Positions 50,775 through 61,879 are shown, counted from the stretch's first letter. The stretch: 64,000 nucleotides of DNA from Aquificaceae bacterium (GCA_041640635.1 JBEPZX010000003.1:1-64000), one strand, 5' to 3'. The notes: generated by a model not told the origin, from the sequence alone. Numbers and translations are program-made.

Positions 50775-51877
50775 GATTATCTAAACCTTACTTTGGTAAC
50801 AAGCAAAAGTTGGTCGCTATGATTGAGGATATATTGGAAAGCGGGATTTTTGTTCAAGGCAAGTATGTTTCATATTTTGAAAAAATGGTAGCGGAGTATC
50901 TCGGGATTAAAAATGCCATAGCGGTTAGCTCAGGTACTGCGGCTTTGCATATTTCTCTTGTAGCACTTGGTATAGGTCCAGGGGATGAAGTAATCGTACC
51001 TGCTTACACTTTCCCTGCTACTGCAAATGTAGTTGAGCTGGTAGGAGCAAAACCTGTTTTTGTAGATGTAGATAAGGATACTTATAATATCTCCATAGAA
51101 CAAATAGAAAGATCAATTACGAAAAGGACGAAGGCTATTATTCCAGTTCATCTTTTTGGAAATCCTGCAGATATGGATCCAATTATGGAAATTGCAAAAA
51201 GTTATAATCTGTATGTTATTGAAGATGCAGCTGGTGCCCTAGGTTCAACTTACAAGGGTAAGAAGTGTGGTACAATTGGAGATTTGGGATGTTTCAGCTT
51301 TCATCCGCGGAAGATTGTAACTACCGGAGAAGGAGGGATGGTAGTAACTAACGATGATAATTTAGCAAATAAGGTGCGTATATTGAGAAACCATGGTATG
51401 GAGATCAGAGGCTCTAAAATTGATTTTATAGATGCTGGTTTTAACTACAGAATGAATGAACTTGAAGCAATCTTGGGTATAGTCCAGATGGAAATTATTG
51501 AGGAAATTGTTGAGGAAAGACAAAATCTTGCAAACTTGTATATGGATGCGTTAAGGGATATTTCAGGTATTTCTTTTCAAAAAGTCTTATCAAACTGCAC
51601 AACATCTTGGCAAGCTTTTGTTATCCGGCTTGATGTAAATGATAATACTTCTATTTTAAAGCTTTTACGAGAAGCAAACATTGAGGTTAATATTGGTACT
51701 TATGCCTTACACCTTTTGCACTTTTATTTCAACAAATATGGTTATAAACCCTTAGATTATCCAAATGCAGCGGCGCTTTTTGCCAAAAGCTTGGCTCTGC
51801 CTTTCTACAACGGTATATCTACTACAGATATTTTTAAGGTAGTTGAAACCTGTAGGAGGATTGTTAATGAAAATTAA
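50750..51877 (+). CDS. DegT/DnrJ/EryC1/StrS aminotransferase
   Basis: SSGTAALH, VHLFG, EDAA, SFHPRKIVTTGEGG and GFNYRM motifs. Confidence 0.93.
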   Translation: MVQKQNVVRLSKPYFGNKQKLVAMIEDILESGIFVQGKYVSYFEKMVAEYLGIKNAIAVSSGTAALHISLVALGIGPGDEVIVPAYTFPATANVVELVGAKPVFVDVDKDTYNISIEQIERSITKRTKAIIPVHLFGNPADMDPIMEIAKSYNLYVIEDAAGALGSTYKGKKCGTIGDLGCFSFHPRKIVTTGEGGMVVTNDDNLANKVRILRNHGMEIRGSKIDFIDAGFNYRMNELEAILGIVQMEIIEEIVEERQNLANLYMDALRDISGISFQKVLSNCTTSWQAFVIRLDVNDNTSILKLLREANIEVNIGTYALHLLHFYFNKYGYKPLDYPNAAALFAKSLALPFYNGISTTDIFKVVETCRRIVNEN

Positions 51878-52397
51878 ACCACCCAAAATAAATAAAAGTC
51901 ATGGAACTGGGGATTTTAAATTAGAAGACTTTAGACGACTTGGTAAAAATGTAGTATTTGAGAAAGGGGTATTAGTTTTTCATCCTGAGAATATTGAGAT
52001 AGGGGATAATGTTTACATAGGACATTACACAATTCTAAAAGGCTACTATAAAAATCTTATGGTAATTGGTGATTACACTTGGATTGGGCAACAGTGTTTT
52101 CTTCACAGTGCAGGAGGATTAAAGATTGGAAAAGCTGTAGGAATAGGTCCAAGAGTTACAATATTGACATCGCAACACGAAGCTTCAGATCTTGATCTGC
52201 CAGTTTATTTTACTCCACTAAAGTTTGCTGAAGTCGTATTAGAGGATGGATGTGATATTGGAGCAGGAGCTATTATTCTTCCCGGCGTTAGAATTGGTAA
52301 AGGGGCAATTGTTGGGGCAGGTGCGGTGGTAACCTGCGATGTTCCACCTTATGAAGTTTGGGCTGGTGCCCCAGCAAGGAAAATCAGGGAAAGATAA
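51867..52397 (+). CDS. hexapeptide-repeat acyltransferase
   Basis: Left-handed beta-helix repeats, IGKGAIVGAGAVV and GAPAR; AGGAGG SD before ATG 51867. Confidence 0.9.
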   Translation: MKIKPPKINKSHGTGDFKLEDFRRLGKNVVFEKGVLVFHPENIEIGDNVYIGHYTILKGYYKNLMVIGDYTWIGQQCFLHSAGGLKIGKAVGIGPRVTILTSQHEASDLDLPVYFTPLKFAEVVLEDGCDIGAGAIILPGVRIGKGAIVGAGAVVTCDVPPYEVWAGAPARKIRER

Positions 52398-52414
52398 AAA
52401 CAGGAGATATTGGT

Positions 52415-53464
52415 ATGCGAGTATTACATTTACCTGTGAATATAGCATCCATCCCATCACATACTGTTCGCGGCTTAAGGCAGATAGGAATAGATGCCTA
52501 TGGACTTATGCATGGAAGTGCGATTGTACAATCTTTTGATGGGTTAAAGTTAATTGATATAGGATCTCGGCATAAACCTCGCGTTTTTGGAACCTTGTCC
52601 TGGTCCTATAATTTTTTCAAATGGGTTGCCTGGGCAGATGTTATTCATTGGTATTTTGGAACTCCTTCTTTACCTTTTGGTCTGGATTTAGCTTATGTTA
52701 GAATTTTGGGCAAGCCGGGCGTTGTTGAGTGGTTAGGTTCCGATATTCGAATTCCAGAAATCGAGTTTGAAGATAATCCGTATTACAAAACTGTATTTCA
52801 AAATGGTTATGAATATCAATCTGAGAGCTACGAACGTTCTAGACGAGTGCAAGAGAAATTTACAAAAGCAGGGTTTGCTACAATAGTACCAATTTGCATG
52901 TTAGATTATGTTCAAACAGATATTTGTTCTAAGGTTTATGTTGTTCCTCAGCGTATAATGCTTTCAGATTTTCGTGTTGCCTATCCAGACCCTAAGATTA
53001 AAAAACCTTTGATTGTTCATGCTCCAACAGCACCTATTGCAAAAGGTACTTCTGCTGTGCTTAAAGCGATCGAACAATTAAAGAGAACTCACAATTTTGA
53101 ATTTCGCCTCATTCAAGGAATGCCTCGCAAAGAAGCCCTTGAATTAATTCAAAAGGCAGATATTTTTCTAGATCAATTTGTACTAGGTTCTTATGGTATG
53201 GCTTCTTTGGAAGCTATGGCGTTTGGTAAACCAGTCGTGTGTTATATAAAGCCATCTATGGTTAATAAATATCCTCCTGATCTTCCAATTGTTAATGCTA
53301 ACCAAGATAATCTCGCTGAGGTCCTCAAGCCGTTGATAGAAGATGGTAAGCTTAGGTATGAATTTGGTAGACAGAGCAGAGCATACGTTGAGAAATATCA
53401 TGATGCAGCAAAATTAGCTCACCAGCTTGTTGGTATTTATGAAGAATTAATTAAGAATAGATAA
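52415..53464 (+). CDS. glycosyltransferase (GT-B, family 4-like)
   Basis: HAPT...KGT, DQFVLGSYGMASLEAMAFGKP and RAYVEKYHD motifs; AGGAG SD before ATG 52415. Confidence 0.88.
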   Translation: MRVLHLPVNIASIPSHTVRGLRQIGIDAYGLMHGSAIVQSFDGLKLIDIGSRHKPRVFGTLSWSYNFFKWVAWADVIHWYFGTPSLPFGLDLAYVRILGKPGVVEWLGSDIRIPEIEFEDNPYYKTVFQNGYEYQSESYERSRRVQEKFTKAGFATIVPICMLDYVQTDICSKVYVVPQRIMLSDFRVAYPDPKIKKPLIVHAPTAPIAKGTSAVLKAIEQLKRTHNFEFRLIQGMPRKEALELIQKADIFLDQFVLGSYGMASLEAMAFGKPVVCYIKPSMVNKYPPDLPIVNANQDNLAEVLKPLIEDGKLRYEFGRQSRAYVEKYHDAAKLAHQLVGIYEELIKNR

Positions 53465-54891
53465 TGCTAAGGTATATAAAACAACTTGCATTTGAAAGCA
53501 TCGTTTATGGACTTTCAAATATAATTGCACGCTTTTCATATATTTTTCTTATTCCTATATATACGCGGTTTCTTACTCCTGAAGAGTATGGTGTATTTAG
53601 TTTAATAAGCGTTACAATTACTTTGATTTCCATTTTCTCTGCACTAGGTTTAGACAATGCTGCGCACCGTTGGTATTGGGATACAGAGATTGTTGAAGAA
53701 CGTAAGGTAACTTTAGCTTCTTGGGCTTGGTGCCAAATTGCGATATCCTTATTTTTTACAATACTCCTTTTTGTTTTTGGTGATTTGATAGGATATGTAA
53801 TTATTCATCGAGGCAATACAGGGATTTACTTTCAGTTAGCAGCAATGGCATTTCTTTTCAGCGTGCTTAGCAACGTGTTTACAAATTGGCTAAGGATGCA
53901 ACGACGTCCTTTTACTACAATGCTTTTTTCTGTAGCAACTAGTTTGTCCAGTATTTTATTGAATATCCTATTTGTAGCTACCTTACACCTAGGACTTACT
54001 GGAATTTATATAGCACAATTGTTAACAGCCATAGTGGGAATGCTAATTGCAAGTGTTGTATTAAAGGATTGGGTAAGTCCTGCTAAGTTTAGATGGGTTC
54101 ATCTTAAAAAGATGCTTAAATTTAGTTATCCCATGATACCTGCGGCGGTATTTTACTGGATACTGAATATGTCTGATAGATATTTTATTCAGTTTTTTTC
54201 TTCTACTTCGGAAGTTGGTCTATATCAGGTAGGTTGGAGCATTTCCTTTATAGTTGCTTTAATAACAGGTGCTTTTCAATTGGCATGGGGACCTTTTGCT
54301 TTGTCAATTCATAAGCAGCCTGAGGCTAAAGTAGTATATTCTAGAGTTTTGCTTTTTTATTTATGGATAAGTTGTTTGATATCTACAGCTTTAGGAATAT
54401 TTGCACCTGAACTTCTTCGTTTCTTGTCTACAAAAGATTATACAGACGCTAGTTCAGTAGTCGGTCCTTTGGCATTTAGCCATGTGTTCGCAGGTTTGAC
54501 GTATATCGCTGTTATCGGTTCTACTATAGTTAAAACAACAGCTCCTTATGGAATTGCTGTTAGTATCTCTTCAGGACTTACAGTCGTCTTGTATTTCTTT
54601 TTAGTTCCACAATTTGGTAAGGAGGGAGCTGCTTTTGCCAACTTGATAGGTCAAGCATTTATTCCTGCATATGTTTTTTATCGTTCACAGAAGCTATATC
54701 CTATTCCTTATCCATTTGCTCCTGCCTTTGGAATCTTAGTGTTATCACTCATATTAATGTTTTTAGGTCAACATATATTATCAGAAAGTATATTTGCACG
54801 CATAGCAATAGTAGTTATGCAGTTGTTTTTAACTTTACTAATTTCTTTCAACTCGTTTATGATTAATCTTAGGCAAAGCATTTATAAATAA
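53464..54891 (+). CDS. wzx: second polysaccharide flippase
   Basis: IPIYTRFLTPEEYG, SDRYFI, VGLYQVG and FGKEGAA motifs; about 12-14 TM segments. Confidence 0.88.
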   Translation: MLRYIKQLAFESIVYGLSNIIARFSYIFLIPIYTRFLTPEEYGVFSLISVTITLISIFSALGLDNAAHRWYWDTEIVEERKVTLASWAWCQIAISLFFTILLFVFGDLIGYVIIHRGNTGIYFQLAAMAFLFSVLSNVFTNWLRMQRRPFTTMLFSVATSLSSILLNILFVATLHLGLTGIYIAQLLTAIVGMLIASVVLKDWVSPAKFRWVHLKKMLKFSYPMIPAAVFYWILNMSDRYFIQFFSSTSEVGLYQVGWSISFIVALITGAFQLAWGPFALSIHKQPEAKVVYSRVLLFYLWISCLISTALGIFAPELLRFLSTKDYTDASSVVGPLAFSHVFAGLTYIAVIGSTIVKTTAPYGIAVSISSGLTVVLYFFLVPQFGKEGAAFANLIGQAFIPAYVFYRSQKLYPIPYPFAPAFGILVLSLILMFLGQHILSESIFARIAIVVMQLFLTLLISFNSFMINLRQSIYK

Positions 54892-54958
54892 GTTGAAGTT
54901 TTAGATAGTTTTTATTGAAGTGAAAAATAGGTATAAATAGGTATATTTGGATTTAAAT

Positions 54959-55373
54959 ATGAAGCCAAACTTATCAATCCAACAAATCCTTTTCAGCATT
55001 TTACTATCACCTACAGTGCATGACGCAAGGGGAGTCTGCTGAATACGTTTTCTGCTAAAACATTAAAATTCGATTGTTGTAGTGTATAGGCAACGACTAG
55101 AATATCTGAAAATCATATATAAAGTGGATCATAATTTCCATTTTTGAATGCTATAAAAATTATTTACCAAAACCTTTATAACCTTTGGTGGCTTAAGCTA
55201 GATGTCCTTATTTGATGAACAACTATACCATTGGCTACGGTATAATGAAAATCTAGACAATGCACCATAATGCACGCATCGCAGCAAGAGAAGTCAACGC
55301 TTTCAATGGAATGAAAAAAGTCGTAGAACTCTTTGATTCACTGATTAACTCCAGAAACGTTGTATCGACGTGA
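54959..55373 (+). pseudogene. heavily degraded, internally deleted glycosyltransferase remnant
   Basis: 5' part reads SPTVHDARGVC*IRFLLKH*NSIVVVY (GT4-like 'SP...D.RV..QI.FL...Y.V.V.GY', stops at 55040 and 55064); 3' part 55260-55373 reads MHHNARIAAREVNAFNGMKKVVELFDSLI (GT C-terminal helix) and ends 6 nt before the next ATG. Confidence 0.5.
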
Positions 55374-55379
55374 AATTAC

Positions 55380-57175
55380 ATGTGTGGGATAGCTGGCATA
55401 ATCACAAAAGGCAGGATTGAGAAAGGTATTATAGAGGCTATGACTGAAGCAATTGCACATCGAGGTCCAGATGGACATGGATACTACTACTGTAAGAATT
55501 TCGTATTTGGACACCGAAGGCTCGCTATTATAGATCTTAGCGAAGCGGGACATCAGCCAATGGAGTATATGAACAGATACGTTATTACCTACAACGGCGA
55601 GATCTATAATTATCTTGAGCTTCGTAAAGAGCTGGAACAAGTTGGATACAGATTCCAAACCCATACAGACACAGAGGTAATAATGGCAAGTTACGATTAT
55701 TGGGGAGTAGAGTGTTTAAATAAGTTCAACGGGATGTGGGCTTTTGTAATTTATGATAAGCAGAAGGATACATACTTTATGTCGAGGGACAGATTGGGAA
55801 AAAAGCCCTTTTATTACTATAAGAACCATGACACATTCGTATTTGCTTCAGAGATAAAAGCCTTGTTAGCCCATCCACTGATAAAACGAGAGCCAAACAC
55901 GGATTTTTTGTGCGATTATCTAAGAAAGGGTTGTAGAGAGTATGTAAGAGAAACAGCTTTCAGAGGTATTTATAGACTTGACCCAGCTTCTTACTTTGAA
56001 GGTGGAATTGATGACTTGCTTTATAACTTCAAACCGGTTAAGTTTTGGCAAATTAATCCAAACTTAGAGCACGAGGAGTTCGACGAAAAAAAACAAGAGA
56101 GTATGCAAGACAGTATTACGAACTGTTAAAAGACGCTGTAAGGCTTAGACTTAGGGCTGATGTAAAAATTGGCATTACATTATCCGGCGGTTTAGATAGT
56201 AGCTTTGTTGCTTACCTTGTCCACGAGCTACCTAAAGAGCATGGTCGACAAGAATTAATGGAAACCTTTTCGAGCGTCTATCCAAGTCAAGAGACGAAAT
56301 ACTGCGACGAAAGCTACTTTATAGACATTCTTGCAAAGAAGTTAGGCTTACACTCAAACAAAATTGAACCTAAGGAGGAAGACATTTCCAGAGAATTGGA
56401 AAGGGTGATCTGGCATATGGAAAATCCCCCAGAGAATACATTGATGTCCTGTTGGCATACCTTCAAACTTGTAGAATCAACGGATGTAAAAGTCATAGTT
56501 GATGGATAAGGAGCCGATGAACAGTTAGCGGGCTATTTGCCGTATATCATACACTACATTTATTCTTTACCCAAGCTTTTTGAAGCAATAAAAGAATCTA
56601 AGGCATTAATGGACATACCTAGCGCTAAAAAATACATAGCTGTAGGGATATTTCTTAGAATAGCTAAAAGCATTTTGGGAAATAGGTTACTAAGGTTTTT
56701 CTTGCAGGGACTTTTTAAGAAAGATTTAGTTGCAAATCTGAATGAAAAGTTAGCTAAGGATACTGTAACGAGTTTGAATACGCTTCTACATTATGCTGAT
56801 CATACATCCATGGCATACGGAGTTGAAGTTAGAAATCCTTTTTTAGACTACAGATTGGTTGAGTTTTTGGCTTCTGTCCCAGCCTGCTATAAAATAAGAA
56901 ATGGATGGACCAAGTATATTGCAAGACTGGCATTCGATGGTAAACTTCCTGATGAAATCGTTTGGAGGCGTGATAAGATGGGTTGACTCGTACCTAAAGA
57001 CAGCTAACTTAGAGAGTGGGCTGAGAAAGAAATTGGTAATCATGAAATAGCATCTAACGTCCTTCTGTATAAAGAAGTCATTGAAGGCACCAACTGTCGT
57101 ATTTGTGTGGATCTGTTGAATCTTTCAGAAATTGCTAGAGCGTCGAGTATTTGTTTACACATTCCAAGAAAGTGA
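55380..57175 (+). pseudogene. asnB: asparagine-synthase-like amidotransferase pseudogene
   Basis: MCGIAG start; -1 frameshift at the A8 run 56086-56093 (continues ...LRADVKIGITLSGGLDSS); in-frame stops at 56507 (DG*GADE), 56984 (KMG*) and 57005. Confidence 0.9.
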
Positions 57176-57289
57176 GAAAAATAGGAGGGAATAGAAGAAA
57201 AGCTATAATAGAAGAGTATAATTGGAATTCGGAAAACAAAAAGCTGTTTGATCATTTATGATAAACTCAGAGCAAAAGGAAATTAGCAT

Positions 57290-59158
57290 ATGTGTGGAAT
57301 TTTTGTAGCAGTAAACCTAAATGGTTTTTTTGATATAAGTGACTATAAAAAATTCGTTTCTTTAACGGACATGGTCCGATATAGGGGCCCTGATGCATCA
57401 GGATACAAAACTTTTAATATAAAGGAGTCCTCTTCCCCAAATAACACCTTTGATGTTTTTCTAGGTCATCGTAGATTATCTATAATAGATCGTTCAGATA
57501 CTGGAAATCAACCTTTCGACGACGGAAGTGGTTGTTGGATTGTATTCAACGGTGAAATATATAACTACGTTGAGTTGAGAGAAGAATTAATTAACAAAGG
57601 ATACGATTTCAAATCCAAGACAGACACTGAAGTGATCTTAAAGATATACCGAGCTTATGGGGAAAAGGGATTTTCAAAATTGAATGGTATGTGGGCATTT
57701 GCAATTGTTGACTTCCCACAAAAAAAAATAATTTTAAGTAGAGACTATTTCTCAATAAAGCCCCTTTACTATCTCGTTACATCCAAAAATGAGATTTACT
57801 TTTCCAGTGAAATAAAGCAATTACTTCCAATGTTACACAAGAAAGAAGTGAATAAGAACACTATGTATAAATTTTTGCAGCAGGGGTTGCTAGATTACAA
57901 CGAAGAGACTTTCTTTGAAGGTATATTGAAGGTAAAACCAAAGACAAACTTAATAATCAAAATGGATAAGAAGACAATTGAAAATATTAAGTACTGGGAA
58001 TATAAGATCGAGGAAATGAACGAAGAGAGTGCGCTAGAAAAATTTAGGGAGATTTTTTTCGACAGTGTTAGAATAAGATTAAGGAGCGATGTAAAAGTAG
58101 GTGCTTTATTAAGCGGAGGGCTCGATTCATCAAGCATAGTTGTAGCTACTGATCTTTTTCAGAAAGGTATTGAAACCTTTTCTGTGGTAGCAAAGGATAA
58201 AAGATATAGTGAAGAGAAATTTATTGATATCTTAGTAGAGAGAAAACAAATAAAAAATCACAAACTCTACTTTGAACCAGAAATGGTTCTCAAAAACATC
58301 TATAAAGTAGTTTATCATCAAGATGAACCATTTGGAGGGTTAAGCGTAGTAGCTCAATATAGTATATTAAAAGAAATAAAAGAAATTTCCGATGTGATTG
58401 TAATTCTGAGCGGCCAAGGAGGGGATGAAATTTTGATGGGATACTTAAAATATTTTTTCTTTAATATAAAAGAACTGATAAAACAAAAAAAGTTTGGTGA
58501 TGTACTGATTCAATTGATGCATTCCATTTTAAAAAGAACTATTTTATGGCAGTTTAATATTCGCTTGGCAAAAAGATATATTCCTATTCTTAACAAAAGC
58601 CTAAATTACATCAAAATAAATGGTGAGGTTGAACCTATTTGGAAATACAACACTTTAACAGAAAGACAAATGCTTGACATAGACAGATATTCAGTACCGG
58701 CTTTAACACACTACGAGGATAGGAACTCTATGGCCCATTCGTTAGAAATAAGATTGCCTTTTTTAGATCCTCGATTAGTTAATTTGTTACTTAGCGTTTC
58801 AACAACTTTAAAACTTAAAAATGGATGGACCAAATACATCATAAGAAAGTCTTTAATAGAGTTGCCTGATGAAATCCGTTGGAGAAAGGATAAACAAGGT
58901 TTTATAATACCAGAAGAGAGATGGTTAAAGGAAGATCTACGAGGAGTTATTGCAAGCCATTTCAAAACAAGTGTATTGAATGAAATGGGAATTATAGACA
59001 GTAAACTCTTCCTTGAAGCATATAATAATTTTCAGATAAACAAAGGACTCTATAGCTATAAAGATGTTTCCAGAGTATTCATAGCGGAATTATGGGCAAA
59101 AAGGTTTTTCAACTTTAAATGTGGAGACTATACGAATGAAAATAATCAATTTAGGTAA
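57290..59158 (+). CDS. asnB: asparagine synthase-like glutamine amidotransferase
   Basis: MCGI, RGPD, HRRLSIID, LSGGLDSS, GQGGDE, EDRNSMAHSLEIRLPFLD and KQGF motifs. Confidence 0.93.
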   Translation: MCGIFVAVNLNGFFDISDYKKFVSLTDMVRYRGPDASGYKTFNIKESSSPNNTFDVFLGHRRLSIIDRSDTGNQPFDDGSGCWIVFNGEIYNYVELREELINKGYDFKSKTDTEVILKIYRAYGEKGFSKLNGMWAFAIVDFPQKKIILSRDYFSIKPLYYLVTSKNEIYFSSEIKQLLPMLHKKEVNKNTMYKFLQQGLLDYNEETFFEGILKVKPKTNLIIKMDKKTIENIKYWEYKIEEMNEESALEKFREIFFDSVRIRLRSDVKVGALLSGGLDSSSIVVATDLFQKGIETFSVVAKDKRYSEEKFIDILVERKQIKNHKLYFEPEMVLKNIYKVVYHQDEPFGGLSVVAQYSILKEIKEISDVIVILSGQGGDEILMGYLKYFFFNIKELIKQKKFGDVLIQLMHSILKRTILWQFNIRLAKRYIPILNKSLNYIKINGEVEPIWKYNTLTERQMLDIDRYSVPALTHYEDRNSMAHSLEIRLPFLDPRLVNLLLSVSTTLKLKNGWTKYIIRKSLIELPDEIRWRKDKQGFIIPEERWLKEDLRGVIASHFKTSVLNEMGIIDSKLFLEAYNNFQINKGLYSYKDVSRVFIAELWAKRFFNFKCGDYTNENNQFR

Positions 59159-59237
59159 GCTATTTTTACTATTACTATTAGGTAATGTAGAGCCTTAATA
59201 GACTGTAACTCTAGAATTTGTTTTAGATGGAGGTGTC

Positions 59238-60482
59238 ATGAACATCTGGATCTTCAACCATTATGCTATTACACCAGATCTTCCTGGCGGGACGAGGCAC
59301 TATGATCTCGGTAAAGAGTTGGTAAAGCAAGGGCATCATGTAGTCATCTTTGCTACGAGTTTCCACCACACTCTACATCGGGAAACACGTCTGCAGCTTG
59401 GGGAAAATTGGAAGATTGAAGATGTGGATGGTGTAAAGTTTGTCTGGCTTAGGACACCTCCGTATTGGCGTAACGATTGGCGGAGGGTACGCAACATGGT
59501 AGTTTATATGTTTAGGGCATGGTGGTTAGGTAGGAAGTTGCCTAAACTCTCTTCTGAAATTAAAAAACCTGATATTTTATTAGGTTCTTCGGTACATCTG
59601 CTGGCAGTTCTTGCAGCTTATTGGTTATCAAAGTATTACAATGTGCCTTTTGTCATGGAAGTGCGGGATTTGTGGCCTCAAACTCTTATTGACATGGGCA
59701 AATTAAGTCCGCAACATCCTATTACAAAAGCTTTGCAAATACTTGAAAAATTTCTATATAATCAAGCAAAAAGGATTATAACACCATTACCTAATGCTCA
59801 CGAATACATTATTAGTTGTGGTATCCCTCGTGAAAAGGTGGTATGGATTCCGAATGGTGTTGATCTCTCACGATTTAATAATAATGTCTATCCAGAAAGA
59901 AGTAACAATGACTTTAATGTAATGTATGTTGGAGCACACGGACTAGCAAACGGTTTGGATACACTTATTCAAGCTGCTAAGATCGTTCAAGATAGTGGTT
60001 ATCAAAAAATCCATTTTATTTTGGTTGGTGATGGTCCAGAAAAACCCAGACTTATAGCTTTGGCAAAGGATTTAAATCTTTATAACATAGAATTCCATAA
60101 GTCGATGCCTAAAAACCAAGTACCATCTATTTTGAATAAAGCAGATGCTACCGTTTTTCTTTTGCATAACATACCTCTTTATAAATATGGTATTAGCTTA
60201 AATAAGCTATTCGATTACCTGGCAACTGGTAAGCCTTTAATCTTGGCAGGAAGTCCAGTAAATAACCCCGTCCAAGAAGCTCAGTGTGGACTTACAGTTC
60301 CACCAGGTGATCCTAGAGCACTAGCCGAAGCCATTATTAAGTTATATCAAATGCCACCAGAAGAACGCAAAGCTATGGGGAAACGCGCTCGAGAGTATGT
60401 GGAAAAATATTACGATATACGAAAACTTGCAGACCGTTTAGAAACAGTCTTAAATAATACACTTACACAAAGCAGTGATTGA
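59238..60482 (+). CDS. glycosyltransferase family 4 (WbuB-like)
   Basis: NHYA...GGTRH, EVRDLWP, YVGAHGLANGL and NKLFDYLATGKP motifs; GGAGG SD. Confidence 0.92.
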   Translation: MNIWIFNHYAITPDLPGGTRHYDLGKELVKQGHHVVIFATSFHHTLHRETRLQLGENWKIEDVDGVKFVWLRTPPYWRNDWRRVRNMVVYMFRAWWLGRKLPKLSSEIKKPDILLGSSVHLLAVLAAYWLSKYYNVPFVMEVRDLWPQTLIDMGKLSPQHPITKALQILEKFLYNQAKRIITPLPNAHEYIISCGIPREKVVWIPNGVDLSRFNNNVYPERSNNDFNVMYVGAHGLANGLDTLIQAAKIVQDSGYQKIHFILVGDGPEKPRLIALAKDLNLYNIEFHKSMPKNQVPSILNKADATVFLLHNIPLYKYGISLNKLFDYLATGKPLILAGSPVNNPVQEAQCGLTVPPGDPRALAEAIIKLYQMPPEERKAMGKRAREYVEKYYDIRKLADRLETVLNNTLTQSSD

Positions 60483-60545
60483 AATGCAACACACGAACTA
60501 AAAGGGGCGTAAAGGTATGGCAAGTTTGTTGCTAGGAGTGAAATT

Positions 60546-61736
60546 ATGATGGATGTTCTAATAACATATGGTTGGAACAGAGTTGCTTACAATGTGTTGA
60601 GAAGCTTAGGGAAAAAGGGTCTGAAGGTATGTGTTGGTGATACTAGCAAGCTTTGCATGTCCTTTTGGTCCAGATACGCTGCTGAGAAGTTTTTGTATAG
60701 ATCCTTTTATGCCAATCCACATGAGTTTATAGCATCTCTCAAAGAAGCTTTTGTTAAGTATAAACCAAAAGTTTACATTCCTATTCATGAAGAGACATTT
60801 GTTGTAGCTAAATACATAGATGAACTAAAAGATACAAAAGTAGCAATTCCCATCAGCGATTTTGATACCTTAAAAACACTTCACATGAAGAACTCACTTA
60901 TAAACTTAGCTTCTAGGTTAGAAATACCTGTTCCCAAAAGTATACAACCAAAGGATTTATCGGATGTGAGAGAGTTTAGCAAAGAGGTAGGTTTCCCAGT
61001 AGTTATAAAGATGATCAACACCAATAGTGCCAAGGGAGTGTTTTACGCTTACTCTCAAAGTGAATTATTGGACATATACAGTAAGCTTATACAAAACCTA
61101 GACACGGATCAGTTCCCTATACTTCAGGAGTATGTAAGAGGTAGCGGATATGGTGTCTCTCTTCTGCTAAACAGGGGAAACGTAAGGGCTCTGTTTACTC
61201 ACAAAAGACTCAGAGAAAAAATAGCTTCTGGAGGCACTAGCACCAAAAGAGTAAGCACAAAAAACAATGTTTTGGAAGAATACGCCATTAGACTACTTTC
61301 TGAGGTGAAATACCACGGCGTGGCTATGGTGGAGTTTAAGTATGATGAAAATAATAAAAAGGGGTGGCTTATAGAGGTAAATCCTAGATTTTGGGGGTCT
61401 TTGGCGTTGGCTATTCATGCTGGTGTGGATTTTCCATACCTTTTGTATAGGATGGCTTTGGATGGTGATGTAGAGCCAGTATTTAATTATGAAGATGGAG
61501 TTGTGGTTAGATGGATTTTGGGAGATATGCTGGCAACTCTCAGTTACATCAAGTCTCAGAAAAGACTAAAACCTTTGTTTGATTTTTTCAACTTTAAAGG
61601 GGAAAGGTTTGACGATTTTTATCTAGATGATCCTGTTCCGTTCTTTGCGGAGTGCGCTTACTACTTGGCTAAGTTCCTAAGGACAAAAAGCACCAATCCA
61701 ACATATGAAGCGATGATAGAAGTAAATAAAATATAG
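60546..61736 (+). CDS. ATP-grasp carboxylate-amine ligase
   Basis: GFPVVIK...SAKGV, LQEYV.G, AMVEFK and IEVNPRFWGS motifs; AGGAG SD. Confidence 0.88.
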   Translation: MMDVLITYGWNRVAYNVLRSLGKKGLKVCVGDTSKLCMSFWSRYAAEKFLYRSFYANPHEFIASLKEAFVKYKPKVYIPIHEETFVVAKYIDELKDTKVAIPISDFDTLKTLHMKNSLINLASRLEIPVPKSIQPKDLSDVREFSKEVGFPVVIKMINTNSAKGVFYAYSQSELLDIYSKLIQNLDTDQFPILQEYVRGSGYGVSLLLNRGNVRALFTHKRLREKIASGGTSTKRVSTKNNVLEEYAIRLLSEVKYHGVAMVEFKYDENNKKGWLIEVNPRFWGSLALAIHAGVDFPYLLYRMALDGDVEPVFNYEDGVVVRWILGDMLATLSYIKSQKRLKPLFDFFNFKGERFDDFYLDDPVPFFAECAYYLAKFLRTKSTNPTYEAMIEVNKI

Positions 61737-61879
61737 CTATAAATAATCATGGAGAGGACGTTATGCTTTTGAATATACAAAATATGTGGGGAACTATATT
61801 TTCACAGAGTCATTTGATTCAAAAAAATATTTTGCTTTCTCAAGGGAACCTATCATCCAACGCTGAATGGACTCCTGAA

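Noticed and set aside
54925..54944. AAATAGGTAT x2 tandem repeat as a CRISPR or target-site duplication
   Set aside because: Only two adjacent copies with no spacer or element; likely slippage in decaying DNA.
56086..56093. A8 run as a phase-variation switch or programmed frameshift in asnB
   Set aside because: Three further in-frame stops downstream mean slippage could not restore the protein.
56507..57007. Stop-codon readthrough or recoding (e.g. selenocysteine) in asnB
   Set aside because: The stops are mixed TAA/TGA at positions expected to be Gln or aromatic residues, and they co-occur with a frameshift; this is ordinary decay.
57720..57728. A9 run in intact asnB, and T8/A8 runs at 1811, 2851 and 15092, as contingency loci
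   Set aside because: Short A/T runs are expected in AT-rich DNA, and the reading frames are intact.
61737..61879. Possible extra gene remnant or N-terminal extension before the HAD domain
   Set aside because: No recognisable motif in any frame; recorded only as start-site uncertainty.
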